Notes: generated from the letters alone by a model not told the origin. Shown: positions 48,085 through 57,764, counted from the first letter of the stretch. The stretch is 58,678 nucleotides of DNA from an uncultured bacterium (GCA_903847095.1 CAINCQ010000039.1:1-58678); one strand, 5' to 3'. Translations and numbers: made by a program.

Positions 48085-48681
48085 ATGGCCAAGAAAAAAT
48101 ACTACGCTTATAGTTTCGGTAAAGAGCAGGGTGTGACCGATAACTGGCCCGAGTGCCAGGATATAGTGAGTCGCGCGCCCAATGCCAAATATAAGGGTTT
48201 TGAGACCCGGGACGCGGCCGAGCGCTGGCTGGCCGCGGGAGCTGACTACAAGATCAAACACATCGCAGGCGAGGCCGGCGTATATTTCGATGCCGGAACC
48301 GGCGCGGGTAATGGCGTTGAGATCAATGTATCCGACGCGCGCGGGAGCGGTTTGCTTTGGAAGGTTTTACCCGAAAAGGAGTTGAATGAATCAGGCCATT
48401 ATCCGATTCCCGGAACGACCAATAATTTCGGTGAGCTTTCGGCCTGCAAATACGCTTTGATGATCGCCATGCGCGCGGGTATCCAAAAAGTTTTCGGCGA
48501 CAGCTCCTTGATCCTTGATTATTGGTCCAAAGGGTTTATTAAGAAAGAGATGAACGAGGAAACGCAGGAGCTGGCCCGGGAAGTAAAAAAACTGCGTTTT
48601 CTCTTCGAGCAAAACGGAGGCCAGTTGGTAAAAATCTCGGGTGGTTCCAATCCCGCGGATTTGGGGTTCCATAAAGGCTGA
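48085..48681 (+). CDS. rnhA: Ribonuclease HI with N-terminal viroplasmin/hybrid-binding domain
   Basis: KYYA..W.EC...AKYKGF N-domain; YFDAGTG, TNNFGEL, FGDS and AD catalytic pattern. Confidence 0.8.
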   Translation: MAKKKYYAYSFGKEQGVTDNWPECQDIVSRAPNAKYKGFETRDAAERWLAAGADYKIKHIAGEAGVYFDAGTGAGNGVEINVSDARGSGLLWKVLPEKELNESGHYPIPGTTNNFGELSACKYALMIAMRAGIQKVFGDSSLILDYWSKGFIKKEMNEETQELAREVKKLRFLFEQNGGQLVKISGGSNPADLGFHKG

Positions 48682-48689
48682 TTAAAAAA

Positions 48690-49814
48690 ATGATCTTTCC
48701 CGATTATAAAAACAGCATCGTTAATGTCTCAAGCTCGATCATCGCGGCTTTGGGCGGCCGCGCCCAGTATCCACCGCTTAAGAAGCTGGCTTTTTTGAAG
48801 CAAAATAAAAAGATCGTGCTTCTGGTGGTGGATGGTTTGGGTTACGAATTTCTGAAAAAATACGGGCAAGATTCTTTTTTGGAAAAAAATTGCGTCGATA
48901 AAATCACTTCCGTTTTTCCGACGACCACGGCGAGCGCGGAGACATCATTGGAAACCGGCGTGGCGCCAAAGCAGCATGCCATAACGGGATTTACGATGTG
49001 GCTGAAAGAGCTTGGCGTAGTTTCCAAAATTCTGTTGTTTAACGTGAGGGGAGGCGGATCATTAATGGAAATGGGCGTCAGCCGGGACGATATTTATACC
49101 GAAAAGGTGATCATGGAAAAAGTTTCTGTCCCTTCGGTAATGGTGATGCCGCGAATCACGGCCGCCCGGTTTGGCTCGAGCCGCTGGGCCGCGGCTTTTG
49201 ACGATCTGCCCGGGATGATCGACCAGATTAAAAAAGCGGTTTCCCGGTCCGATAACCGGTTTGTTTATTCTTATTGGATAGACTTGGATAAGACTTGCCA
49301 TAAATACGGATGCGCGAGCAATCAGGCCAAAAATCATCTTATCGAGATCGACCGGGCTATTGAAGATTTGGCCGGATTTTTAAAAAAAAGAGAAGCGATT
49401 TTGGTGGTTACCGCCGATCATGGTTTATGCGATGTGCTTGATAAAAACCGGATTATTCTTCAGGATTATCCCGATATCTACGATTGCCTGGCTTTGCCGC
49501 TTTGCGGCGATAGCCGCGCTTCGTTCTGTTATGTCAGGCCGGAGCGCGATCGGGAATTCAGGCGATTGGTCAAAAAAAAGCTCGATTTCTGTTGTACCTT
49601 GCATAAGGGATCCGATTTTATCAAAAAGGGGGTGTTTGGTTTGGGAGTCGCCAATCCCAGACTTTATGAGCGGGTCGGCGATTATATCCTGGTGGCCAAA
49701 GATGGTTATACGATCCGCGATTTTCTTTTTCGCGAAGCAAAACCGGAAAGGAAAGGTCATCATGGGGGTTTAAGCGAAGAAGAGATATATGTTCCTTTGA
49801 TAGTTTCACGCTAA
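48690..49814 (+). CDS. Alkaline phosphatase / nucleotide pyrophosphatase family protein
   Basis: VVDGLG, FPTTT, DKTCH, TADHG, GHHGG. Confidence 0.88.
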   Translation: MIFPDYKNSIVNVSSSIIAALGGRAQYPPLKKLAFLKQNKKIVLLVVDGLGYEFLKKYGQDSFLEKNCVDKITSVFPTTTASAETSLETGVAPKQHAITGFTMWLKELGVVSKILLFNVRGGGSLMEMGVSRDDIYTEKVIMEKVSVPSVMVMPRITAARFGSSRWAAAFDDLPGMIDQIKKAVSRSDNRFVYSYWIDLDKTCHKYGCASNQAKNHLIEIDRAIEDLAGFLKKREAILVVTADHGLCDVLDKNRIILQDYPDIYDCLALPLCGDSRASFCYVRPERDREFRRLVKKKLDFCCTLHKGSDFIKKGVFGLGVANPRLYERVGDYILVAKDGYTIRDFLFREAKPERKGHHGGLSEEEIYVPLIVSR

Positions 49815-49846
49815 ACGCAAAACGTCCCGGTTTCCGGGATAAAAAA

Positions 49847-50335
49847 ATGGAAAACCAAAAAAAGATTCTTGTAGTTTATTATTCCAAAACCGGCAACACC
49901 GAACGCGCAGCCAAAGATATCGCGTCCGGACTTGGGGCCGATTTGGAAAAGATCATTGACCAAAAAGACCGTTCGGGTATTTTTGGTTTTATTTTGGGCG
50001 GACGGGACGCGATGAAAAAAAGAGGCACAAAGATCGGCATCTTGAATTACGATCCGGCCGGCTATGACCTGATTGTCGTGGGTACTCCCGTCTGGGGCTC
50101 AAATATAGCTCCGGCAGTGAGGACCTATCTTGACGCGAACAGAGGCAAAATCAAAAGTCTTGCTTGCTTTGAAACCTCGGGCGGAACGCCCATAGAAAAG
50201 ATCGGAGCGTTTGTCGAAGAGGCGGCGGGAAAGAAAATCGTTGCCAAGGCCGGATTTGAGCAAAAGGATTTGCGTGAAGAGAAAACATACAAAGAGAAAG
50301 TGTCTTTTTTCGTTGAAGCGATAAAAAAATTATAA
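49847..50335 (+). CDS. Flavodoxin-like protein
   Basis: YYSKTGNT, GTPVWG, TSGG. Confidence 0.88.
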   Translation: MENQKKILVVYYSKTGNTERAAKDIASGLGADLEKIIDQKDRSGIFGFILGGRDAMKKRGTKIGILNYDPAGYDLIVVGTPVWGSNIAPAVRTYLDANRGKIKSLACFETSGGTPIEKIGAFVEEAAGKKIVAKAGFEQKDLREEKTYKEKVSFFVEAIKKL

Positions 50336-50339
50336 GATT

Positions 50340-51122
50340 ATGAAAAAGATTTTAATCGTTATTGCCGTTTTGATTGTTTTGGTTCTGGGCCTGCTGGCGT
50401 ATTTAGGCTATGTTCCGGGACTGTCGTCTGTTTTCGGAGCGGATAAGCCTCGGGATCTTGGCATAAAATATACCCAAGCCGATTTTGATTCGGCGTTTGC
50501 CAAAAGCCAGGTTGTTTACGAGGCTTTGCCGGCCGGAACACCCGACGAGTTAAGCCTTCAACGGCGCGGATCGCGGCCGGTTAATATTTCTTTTACTGCC
50601 GCCGAGGCTACTTCGTTAATGAATGACCGGCCTTTTAAATATTGGCCATATAAGCAAGTCCAGTTGAAATTCAACGCCGACGGTTCGGCGGAGATTTCGG
50701 GCGTCCTGGTCAAAGAGCGGGTGTCCGGGTATTGCGCGGCTATCGGAATTCCGAAAGCGGTAGCGGAAGCGGTCGTAAAGTTTTTGCCCAATAACCCGGT
50801 TTTTTACGTAAAGGGAAAGGGGGAGTTGGTTGACAATATGGTTACTGGTTTTGAGCCTCAGGCGCTGGAAGTGGGAAGAATGCCGTTGCCGCTGGGGATG
50901 ATTTTAGCCTTTAACGGTTTTGATAATCAGGCGGTTTACGCGGCTGACGCGAATATTACGGAATTGCTTTCAAAGGCGACTAACAAACGCCAGATCATTA
51001 TCGATTACATCAACCGACGGCTCGCGTCGATTACCGGTTTCTACGCGAAAAACGCGAAATTCGAAGAAAACAAACTGATCTTTGAAGGAAGTTTGCCGGA
51101 AGTGGAAGCGACGGCAAGATAA
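50340..51122 (+). CDS. Hypothetical membrane-anchored protein
   Basis: N-terminal hydrophobic anchor, PRDLGIKYT; 260-aa ORF in operon context. Confidence 0.7.
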   Translation: MKKILIVIAVLIVLVLGLLAYLGYVPGLSSVFGADKPRDLGIKYTQADFDSAFAKSQVVYEALPAGTPDELSLQRRGSRPVNISFTAAEATSLMNDRPFKYWPYKQVQLKFNADGSAEISGVLVKERVSGYCAAIGIPKAVAEAVVKFLPNNPVFYVKGKGELVDNMVTGFEPQALEVGRMPLPLGMILAFNGFDNQAVYAADANITELLSKATNKRQIIIDYINRRLASITGFYAKNAKFEENKLIFEGSLPEVEATAR

Positions 51123-51220
51123 TACGAAACATTGGAAACGAAAAAGAAGTTTTGTTTTTTGACCGGAAATCGTTATTTGTGATAAAATACGGAACAGATT
51201 AAAAAGCTTTTTTTTGAGCT

Positions 51221-51511
51221 ATGATTTCAAGCGGGGATACTCCGGACACCGGATATTACTCAAACAAGAAGAAGCAAAAATACCTTGATCTTTCCATCGG
51301 TTTTTTCGGCACCGCTTTTATTTGGTATTGTACGTTCCAGCCTTTTTGGTATTTTGCTCCGCTCGTCATTTGCTCATTGTCGGGAATGGCGTTGAAACGA
51401 AAAACCAAAAGGAAGTATATTCCAATCGGCGCCTTGAGCCTTTTTGCCTTGCCGTTCATCGTGTGGTGGTCAAGTATTTTGTTTTCCATGGGTATCACTG
51501 CCGAAGATTGA
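51221..51511 (+). CDS. Small hypothetical membrane protein
   Basis: Three hydrophobic segments. Confidence 0.55.
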   Translation: MISSGDTPDTGYYSNKKKQKYLDLSIGFFGTAFIWYCTFQPFWYFAPLVICSLSGMALKRKTKRKYIPIGALSLFALPFIVWWSSILFSMGITAED

Positions 51512-51652
51512 TTCGTTTAACGATTATAGTTAAATGACCGGTATGCTTATGCATCGGGGTATTTATCCGGTATGCAGGTTAATAATTAATTGTCTAGCGG
51601 CGCTCCTTTTAGCCTCAGGATCGGGGTTTAATACCCCGATCGCGGACTCAAC

Positions 51653-52222
51653 ATGAAAAGGACAATCGTTCTAATTTTTGTTCTGTTGGCGATCGGACTT
51701 TTTTTGATTTTAGCCCGAACAATAAACGATAATATCGACAAAGGTTTAATGATGTCAAATGGCAATAACAAAGGACCATCGATTATGAAAATATCAAGTG
51801 ATGCTTTTTCGACTGGCAGCTATATACCCTCAAAATTCACGGCCGATGGCGAAAAGATCAACCCAAAGCTGGTGATCGAAGGCATACCTCAAAACGCCAA
51901 GACCTTGGCGTTGATTGTTGACGATCCGGACGCGCCTTCAGGTACGTTCATTCATTGGACGGTTTGGAACATCGATCCGGCGATTTCCGTGATTGGCGAA
52001 AATTCCGTTCCGAATGGCGCGGTCCAAGGGATTACAAGTGCGGGGGTTTCCGGTTATGTACCGCCCGCGCCGCCGAGCGGGGTCCATCGTTATTATTTCA
52101 AGGTTTACGCCTTGGACGCAAAACTTAATTTGACGAGCAGCGCGAAAATATCCGATTTGGTTTTGGCCATGGAGGGACATATTCTTGATAAGGCCGAGTT
52201 GATGGGCTTATACACGAGGTAG
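51653..52222 (+). CDS. YbhB/YbcL (PEBP / Raf kinase inhibitor-like) protein
   Basis: DDPDAP, HW, PAPP, HRYYFKVYALD. Confidence 0.92.
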   Translation: MKRTIVLIFVLLAIGLFLILARTINDNIDKGLMMSNGNNKGPSIMKISSDAFSTGSYIPSKFTADGEKINPKLVIEGIPQNAKTLALIVDDPDAPSGTFIHWTVWNIDPAISVIGENSVPNGAVQGITSAGVSGYVPPAPPSGVHRYYFKVYALDAKLNLTSSAKISDLVLAMEGHILDKAELMGLYTR

Positions 52223-52281
52223 GTATTCGATGTATAGAACGTTCTATGGTAATTCGAACGGCAAGATCGGCGATTAAAACC

Positions 52282-52899
52282 ATGCTAAAAAAAGTAAAAC
52301 AATCGTTGGCCGTGGAAAAAGTTTTTTTCCGGGAATCATTGTCCCGGATTTTTTCCATTTTGGCGTTTCTTTTTTTTCTGTTTGCTGTGGCCGGATTTGT
52401 CGTTTCGATCCAGAATCCGGAACTGGCAGGACGGGCTTTTGACAGCCTTAGGCAAAGTTATGAGAGCAAGGGATTTTTTAACACCACTTCGAATTTTGAT
52501 CTTTTTATCCTCATTTTGCTCAACAATATTGTGGCCGCTTTTTTCAGCTTGGCCGCGGGCGTCATTCCTTTCTTTTTTCTTTCCGCCCTGGCGGTCATTG
52601 CCAACGGTTTTTTTCTTGGGGTGATCGGGGCAGTGGTTCTTGCCCAGGGGAAAGGAGTATCGACGGTCATTTTGTCGCTTCTGCCACACGGTATCGTAGA
52701 GTTGCCGGCTTTTTTCTATGCCTCGTCGCTGGGCATTTATTTAATGCAAAATATCTCAAGGAAAATAATGGGCCGGCCGGTTAAGCTCTGGACCGTTTTT
52801 AAAAATTCGCTTCGGTCATTTATCGTCATAGTGCTTCCGTTATTGTTTCTGGCCGCCTTTTTGGAGGTCTATGTTACGTATGCTATCGTAAAAAATTAA
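52282..52899 (+). CDS. Stage II sporulation protein M (SpoIIM) family membrane protein
   Basis: LLNN, NG..LG, PHGIVELPA, AAFLEVYVT. Confidence 0.85.
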   Translation: MLKKVKQSLAVEKVFFRESLSRIFSILAFLFFLFAVAGFVVSIQNPELAGRAFDSLRQSYESKGFFNTTSNFDLFILILLNNIVAAFFSLAAGVIPFFFLSALAVIANGFFLGVIGAVVLAQGKGVSTVILSLLPHGIVELPAFFYASSLGIYLMQNISRKIMGRPVKLWTVFKNSLRSFIVIVLPLLFLAAFLEVYVTYAIVKN

Positions 52900-52910
52900 A
52901 TACCAATTCC

Positions 52911-53240
52911 ATGGAATTCAACAATTATCAAAAAGAAGCGAGAAAAACCGCGATGTATCCGGACCTGGGGAACAATTTCGTTTATCCAACACTTGGCCTG
53001 GCCGGGGAGGCTGGCGAGGTTGCTGAAAAGATAAAAAAAGTAATCCGCGACGGCAATGGCATAGTGACCGATGAAAAAAAAGAAGAGCTTTCCAAGGAAC
53101 TCGGCGATGTTTTATGGTATGTAGCCAATTTGGCGGAGGAATTGGGTTTAGGGCTTGATCTTATCGCCCAAAAAAATCTCGAGAAATTGCGGTCGCGCCA
53201 AGACCGGGGAAAGTTGAAAGGCGACGGCGATAACCGCTGA
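52911..53240 (+). CDS. MazG-like nucleoside triphosphate pyrophosphohydrolase
   Basis: LGLAGEAGEVAEKIKK, ELGDVLWY, NLEKL. Confidence 0.9.
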   Translation: MEFNNYQKEARKTAMYPDLGNNFVYPTLGLAGEAGEVAEKIKKVIRDGNGIVTDEKKEELSKELGDVLWYVANLAEELGLGLDLIAQKNLEKLRSRQDRGKLKGDGDNR

Positions 53241-53243
53241 AAA

Positions 53244-54314
53244 ATGGTTTCAATACCGAAAAATCTGCTTGTTTACGGGGGGGCGCACGCGGTGGTTGAT
53301 TTGGCTTCGGCCATAACCATGTACAGTATTTTCAGGACGGGTGTCGTATCGGCCGAGACATTTTTTTTCTTTCTTCTGGCTTATGATTTCCTTGCTTTTG
53401 CGGGGCAAGCGGTTTTGGGTTGGTTTGTCGACAAAGTGCGCGCGCCGCGCGCGGCAGCGATGGTTGGATGCTTGCTGGTTGCCATCAGCTTGTTTACTTG
53501 GCAAATTTTTCCCATGCTTTCCGTAATTCTGGCTGGGCTGGGCAACGCGCTGTTTCACTTGGGAGGTGGGGCGATCAGCTTGAATTTGATGCCAGGCCGC
53601 GCCGCCGCTCCTGGCCTTTTTGTGGCTCCCGGCGCGGTTGGTTTGGCCACAGGCATTTTGGCCGGGCAGAAAGGCGACTGGAGTCTTTTTTGGGTAGCCG
53701 CCTTACTGGTTTTAAGCACCGGGTTAATTTTTTTAACCAAGTCTCCGACTATCGATTACGAGAAAAAACCGGCGGTTGCCAGCCGAAAAATGTTTACGGT
53801 AATTTTTATCCTTCTTTTTTCTTCGATCATCATAAGGTCTTTTGTCGGTTCAATTGTCGCTTATCCTTGGAAAAAGGATGCCGCGTTGTTCTGGACGCTG
53901 ATCTTGGCTGTTTTTTTGGGGAAAGCTTTGGGGGGCGTTCTGGCCGACAAGTTTGGTTGGATCAGGGTATCGGTCGGCGCTTTGATGATTTCGGCCGTTC
54001 TGATTCCTTTCGGTTTTAAGATTCCGATCCTGGGAATAGCCGGAATGTTTTTTTTCCAGTTCGTAATGGCGGTTATTTTGGCAGCACTGGCCTTTTTGAT
54101 CCCGGGCCGTTCGGCGCTGATATTCGGCCTGAATTGTTTGGCTCTTTTCTTCGGTCTTTTTCCGTTTTTCTTTCCGGAGTCCTCGGTAATTTTTCTGCCT
54201 CATTGGCAAGGGCTGGCTTTCGGGGCGACGCTATGTTCTTCGGTTGCAATCTATTTCAGCCTTGTTTATTTAGAGGCAAGGCGGCCTCGTGATATAATTA
54301 AAAATACTTTTTGA
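53244..54314 (+). CDS. MFS-like membrane protein
   Basis: About 12 TM segments, HAVVD, GWFVDK and GVLADKFG loops. Confidence 0.7.
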   Translation: MVSIPKNLLVYGGAHAVVDLASAITMYSIFRTGVVSAETFFFFLLAYDFLAFAGQAVLGWFVDKVRAPRAAAMVGCLLVAISLFTWQIFPMLSVILAGLGNALFHLGGGAISLNLMPGRAAAPGLFVAPGAVGLATGILAGQKGDWSLFWVAALLVLSTGLIFLTKSPTIDYEKKPAVASRKMFTVIFILLFSSIIIRSFVGSIVAYPWKKDAALFWTLILAVFLGKALGGVLADKFGWIRVSVGALMISAVLIPFGFKIPILGIAGMFFFQFVMAVILAALAFLIPGRSALIFGLNCLALFFGLFPFFFPESSVIFLPHWQGLAFGATLCSSVAIYFSLVYLEARRPRDIIKNTF

Positions 54315-54328
54315 TAAATAATAAAAAA

Positions 54329-55165
54329 ATGAAGAAAACCATTTTTATGTTTGTCGGTTTGTTTCTTTTTAGCGCCGGATCTGTTTTTGCCGATGTCTTG
54401 CCTCCCAACGGCCATGGTATCACCGTTTGCGACAAAATAGTGAACACCGGTGCTTTTCCGGACACCGTATTTATAGGCTCTTTATATGATTATAGGGGAG
54501 AGGGGGCGGTTGGAGAGGAAAATTACGTTATTTCAACGGATGAATGCCTGAAGACCGGTGGAAAACAAGGAAGATTTTATTTGAATTTCGTGGTGTTCGC
54601 GATCGAAAAAAACTATTATAACAGCCTTGTCCGGAACGGAACGCTCGATCAGGAGATAGTCTTGATGAACCGGAGCGACGGCGGGAAGAACTATGTCGCG
54701 CGTTTTACCTGGTTATGGGATACCGACAATATCAGCTATACTTCCAACGAAAAAAGTAAAACCAGGGAGATCATGGTTGCCGGTTTCAACGGCCAGCGGC
54801 TGGAGCTTTTCGAGTCGGCCGAAATTCATGAGTATGTCGACGGAAGCAAGCAAACCAGCGAATTCCAAAAACCGGATTACAAAAATCTGAAATCGTCCTG
54901 GATTATCGATCCTGCCCAGCCGAAAATCGACGGCGGTTGGTCCGAATGGTCTGTTTGTTCAAAATCCTGCGGTGGCGGTAGCCAGACAAGGACGTGTTCC
55001 AATCCCGCTTCGGCCAATGGCGGCGCGGTTTGTATAGGCGATTCTACTCAGGCTTGCAATGTACAGGTTTGCGATGTTGGGTTAGGTGGGTTGACCAGAC
55101 CTGTTGGTTTTTGGGATAAGGTTAAATGTTTTTTTGCCAAACTATTCGGGATGGCATGCCTCTAA
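54329..55165 (+). CDS. Secreted protein with thrombospondin type-1 repeat and CFFAKLFGxAC C-terminus
   Basis: Signal peptide then DVLPP; DGGWSEWSVCSKSCGGGSQTRTCSNP..GG..C.G...C; paralog of 55740-56459. Confidence 0.8.
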   Translation: MKKTIFMFVGLFLFSAGSVFADVLPPNGHGITVCDKIVNTGAFPDTVFIGSLYDYRGEGAVGEENYVISTDECLKTGGKQGRFYLNFVVFAIEKNYYNSLVRNGTLDQEIVLMNRSDGGKNYVARFTWLWDTDNISYTSNEKSKTREIMVAGFNGQRLELFESAEIHEYVDGSKQTSEFQKPDYKNLKSSWIIDPAQPKIDGGWSEWSVCSKSCGGGSQTRTCSNPASANGGAVCIGDSTQACNVQVCDVGLGGLTRPVGFWDKVKCFFAKLFGMACL

Positions 55166-55167
55166 CC

Positions 55168-55539
55168 ATGATTTCTTACGGAGTTTTATTCATTGAGGCT
55201 CTGGTTTTTACGATATTGCTCGAAATGGCCGCGTTCTTTATTTTTAAGGAGTTATTGTTGGGGCGGAGCAGTGACATTCCGGTAAAAGATATCGTTTTTT
55301 CGGTTATTTTTTGTTCGTTTACAACCTTGCCTTATGTCTGGTTTTTGTTTCCCGAAATATTAGGCGCTACCGTTGTTTGCCCGGTTGTAAGCGAATTTTT
55401 TGCCGTGACCGTCGAAGCGTTCATTTATTTTTTCGTTTTAAAGATAGGCTTAGGAAGATCATTGGCGGTTTCATTGATTTGTAATGCCTTTTCGCTACTG
55501 GCCGGCTTATTGGCAGCCCGTTATATCTGGAGTGGATAA
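55168..55539 (+). CDS. Four-TM hypothetical membrane protein
   Basis: TILLE, TLPYVW, SEFFAVTVEA, N..S polar residues within hydrophobic helices. Confidence 0.7.
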   Translation: MISYGVLFIEALVFTILLEMAAFFIFKELLLGRSSDIPVKDIVFSVIFCSFTTLPYVWFLFPEILGATVVCPVVSEFFAVTVEAFIYFFVLKIGLGRSLAVSLICNAFSLLAGLLAARYIWSG

Positions 55540-55542
55540 ATC

Positions 55543-55612
55543 ATAAAGAAGAAAGAAAACAGAACAATCGATTTGAAGGGGTGGGAAATCGCTTACTTAC
55601 CGATAACCAGTC
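55543..55612 (+). pseudogene. Degenerate copy of the 5' end of the YgjP-like gene
   Basis: IKKKENRTIDLKGWEIAYLPITS vs MRKKEKRTINFQGREVAYLLITS (56532-56601). Confidence 0.75.
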
Positions 55613-55739
55613 AAGATCCTTGCCGGTATCGGGAACGCCTTGGCGGAGCCATACTCTCTTCTAAAATACCGCTTTAAAACAGGCCTGATTGTCCCGGATT
55701 CTTGTGCTATAATTATCCTACTATAGCGATCAACAAGTT

Positions 55740-56459
55740 ATGAAAAAAAACTTATTTCTTAGCGGGTGCTTGCTGGTCCTTTTATCCGGTCCGGCAGTGA
55801 ATGCCGATATTTTACCGCCGGATTCCCATGGCATCACGAGCTGCAGCAAGATTGTTAATGTTGGCGGATTCCCCGATACGGTGTTTGTCGGAGCAGTTTA
55901 TGGTCCGAGCGGACAGGACGAAGGAGCTTTGGGAAAAAATTACGTAATTTCTTCCAATGAATGTTTGAACACGGGAGGAAAATCCGGAAGTTTTTTTTAC
56001 GGTTTCGCGGTTTTCGGCATCGAGAAAAACTATTACGACGATTTGATCAAAAATGGAACGCTCGATTCGGAAATCGACAAAATGGTCCATAACAACGGAA
56101 CCAACAGCCACATTGCGCGGGCTGATTGGGAAAACGGCTGGATCGCTTCGGATACCGGCTTTGACCAGGGACAGACCGGCCGTACCGTGGAAACATCGAT
56201 AATCGGATTTTTGGGCCCAAAATTGCTCATTTACGAGTCAAAGACGATCGATGAATTTACCGACGCGGCTCCACGGGTGAAAACGTTTCCTAAACCCGGA
56301 TCCGATAACGTGAAACTGTCGTGGAATGAAGGGATTTCAAATAACAGCTTGGATAAAAAAACAGTGGATGACCAAGTTGTTCCCGATATGAGTCCGAGGA
56401 CGATTTTAACTTCTATCGTTTGCTTCTTCGCTAAAATATTCGGGAAGGCTTGCCGATAA
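55740..56459 (+). CDS. Secreted protein, paralog of 54329-55165 without the TSP1 repeat
   Basis: DILPP..HGIT.C.KIVN.G.FPDTVF.G, NYVIS..ECL.TGGK.G, IEKNYY, NGTLD.EI, C-terminal CFFAKIFGKAC. Confidence 0.8.
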   Translation: MKKNLFLSGCLLVLLSGPAVNADILPPDSHGITSCSKIVNVGGFPDTVFVGAVYGPSGQDEGALGKNYVISSNECLNTGGKSGSFFYGFAVFGIEKNYYDDLIKNGTLDSEIDKMVHNNGTNSHIARADWENGWIASDTGFDQGQTGRTVETSIIGFLGPKLLIYESKTIDEFTDAAPRVKTFPKPGSDNVKLSWNEGISNNSLDKKTVDDQVVPDMSPRTILTSIVCFFAKIFGKACR

Positions 56460-56525
56460 TTTCATTCACTGATAATGCCGCTTCTGTTCCGGCTGGACCA
56501 TTGCTTACCCGCTTCATAGCGGTTC

Positions 56526-57101
56526 ATGAAAATGAGAAAAAAAGAAAAAAGAACGATCAATTTCCAGGGACGGGAAGTCGCTTATTTATTGATAACCAGT
56601 CCGGTTGCCAATAAGGTGAGGATAGCGATCAGGCGCGGGGGAGCAATGACGGTCACAAAACCCGGGCGCGTGGCCGAATCGGTTGTGAACGGATTTTTAC
56701 AGGATAAATCGGAATGGATTATAAAAAAAATCGCTTATTTAAAAACCATCGAAGAAACCCCGGCTTTAAAATCGGGAAGGAAAGAATATTTGAAATATAA
56801 AACGGCCGCGAAGGGTTTGGTTTGCGAGAAAGTGAAACATTTCAACGTTTTTTATCAATACGGCGTGAAAAAGATCACGGTGAGGAACCAGAAAAGCCGG
56901 TGGGGAAGCTGCTCCCGAAGCGGGAACCTGAATTTTAATTTCCGGATTGTTTATCTGCCCGATTACCTGGTCGATTACATTGTGGTCCATGAGTTGTGCC
57001 ATTTGGGCGAGTTGAATCATTCCAAAAAATTCTGGGATCTGGTCGCGCTGGTTGTTCCCAAACACCGTGAGTTAAGAAAAGAATTAAGGAAATATTTTTA
57101 A
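56526..57101 (+). CDS. YgjP/DUF45-family metal-dependent hydrolase
   Basis: KSRWGSCS, YIVVHELCHL, NHSKKFW. Confidence 0.9.
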   Translation: MKMRKKEKRTINFQGREVAYLLITSPVANKVRIAIRRGGAMTVTKPGRVAESVVNGFLQDKSEWIIKKIAYLKTIEETPALKSGRKEYLKYKTAAKGLVCEKVKHFNVFYQYGVKKITVRNQKSRWGSCSRSGNLNFNFRIVYLPDYLVDYIVVHELCHLGELNHSKKFWDLVALVVPKHRELRKELRKYF

Positions 57102-57107
57102 TAAAAA

Positions 57108-57311
57108 ATGGAAAAAGAAATTATTTCAAAAGAGATATTCGACCAGGAAACCAAGATTTGTCGGGAAATGTTTAAAGAAAAAAGCGGTTGCGCCTGGGGG
57201 AAATGCGATTCTTGCGGCGTTATTCCGATGTTGCATAAATTGCATAAAGGCGAGTTGCTGGAGCGCAAGGCCGAGATCGAAGCAGTTAAGAGCCGCGTTT
57301 TTGGCCAGTAA
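57108..57311 (+). CDS. Small Cys-containing hypothetical protein
   Basis: C-x8-CAWGKCDSC pattern; 6 nt after the previous stop. Confidence 0.65.
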   Translation: MEKEIISKEIFDQETKICREMFKEKSGCAWGKCDSCGVIPMLHKLHKGELLERKAEIEAVKSRVFGQ

Positions 57312-57401
57312 TTTTTTGTCTGGTTTCTTGACAAAAGATCCGGTTTCGGTTAAAAAAAGTTAGGCTTGAAAACGAGCTAGTTATTACACAAGGAGGCAGG
57401 A

Positions 57402-57764
57402 ATGGCCGATAAATTGGAATACCCTTTGATCATTGAGGCGTATGGACCCGAAAGTCTAAAAGAAAATGTCGAAGCTGGACCTAAAAGATTGGGCTGGCCG
57501 CGTAACTTGTTTGGTATCGAATTGCATTGTATTGGCGAAGCCGATTGCAAATTGGAAATTATCATTACGGATCAAACCAATGATGAAAACAGTATGCGGT
57601 TCTACGCCGATTTCGAATCGTTTGGCCGCGGCGAGTTTATTCGACAGGCGCGCAAATGGCAAGCCAAGGACGCGCGGCTATCGATCAGGATCCATAATGC
57701 GTTCTTTTTCACCGGGCCCAAGGAAGGGTATTCGAAAAAATACAAATTTCTGATAAAGCATTGA
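57402..57764 (+). CDS. Hypothetical protein (ORFan-like)
   Basis: AAGGAGG SD; terminator aagcgga-aaga-tccgctttttt right after the stop. Confidence 0.65.
   Translation: MADKLEYPLIIEAYGPESLKENVEAGPKRLGWPRNLFGIELHCIGEADCKLEIIITDQTNDENSMRFYADFESFGRGEFIRQARKWQAKDARLSIRIHNAFFFTGPKEGYSKKYKFLIKH

Noticed and set aside
51537-51645. Riboswitch upstream of the YbhB/YbcL gene
   Set aside because: Only simple atcggggt-containing hairpins are visible; no aptamer consensus recognised.
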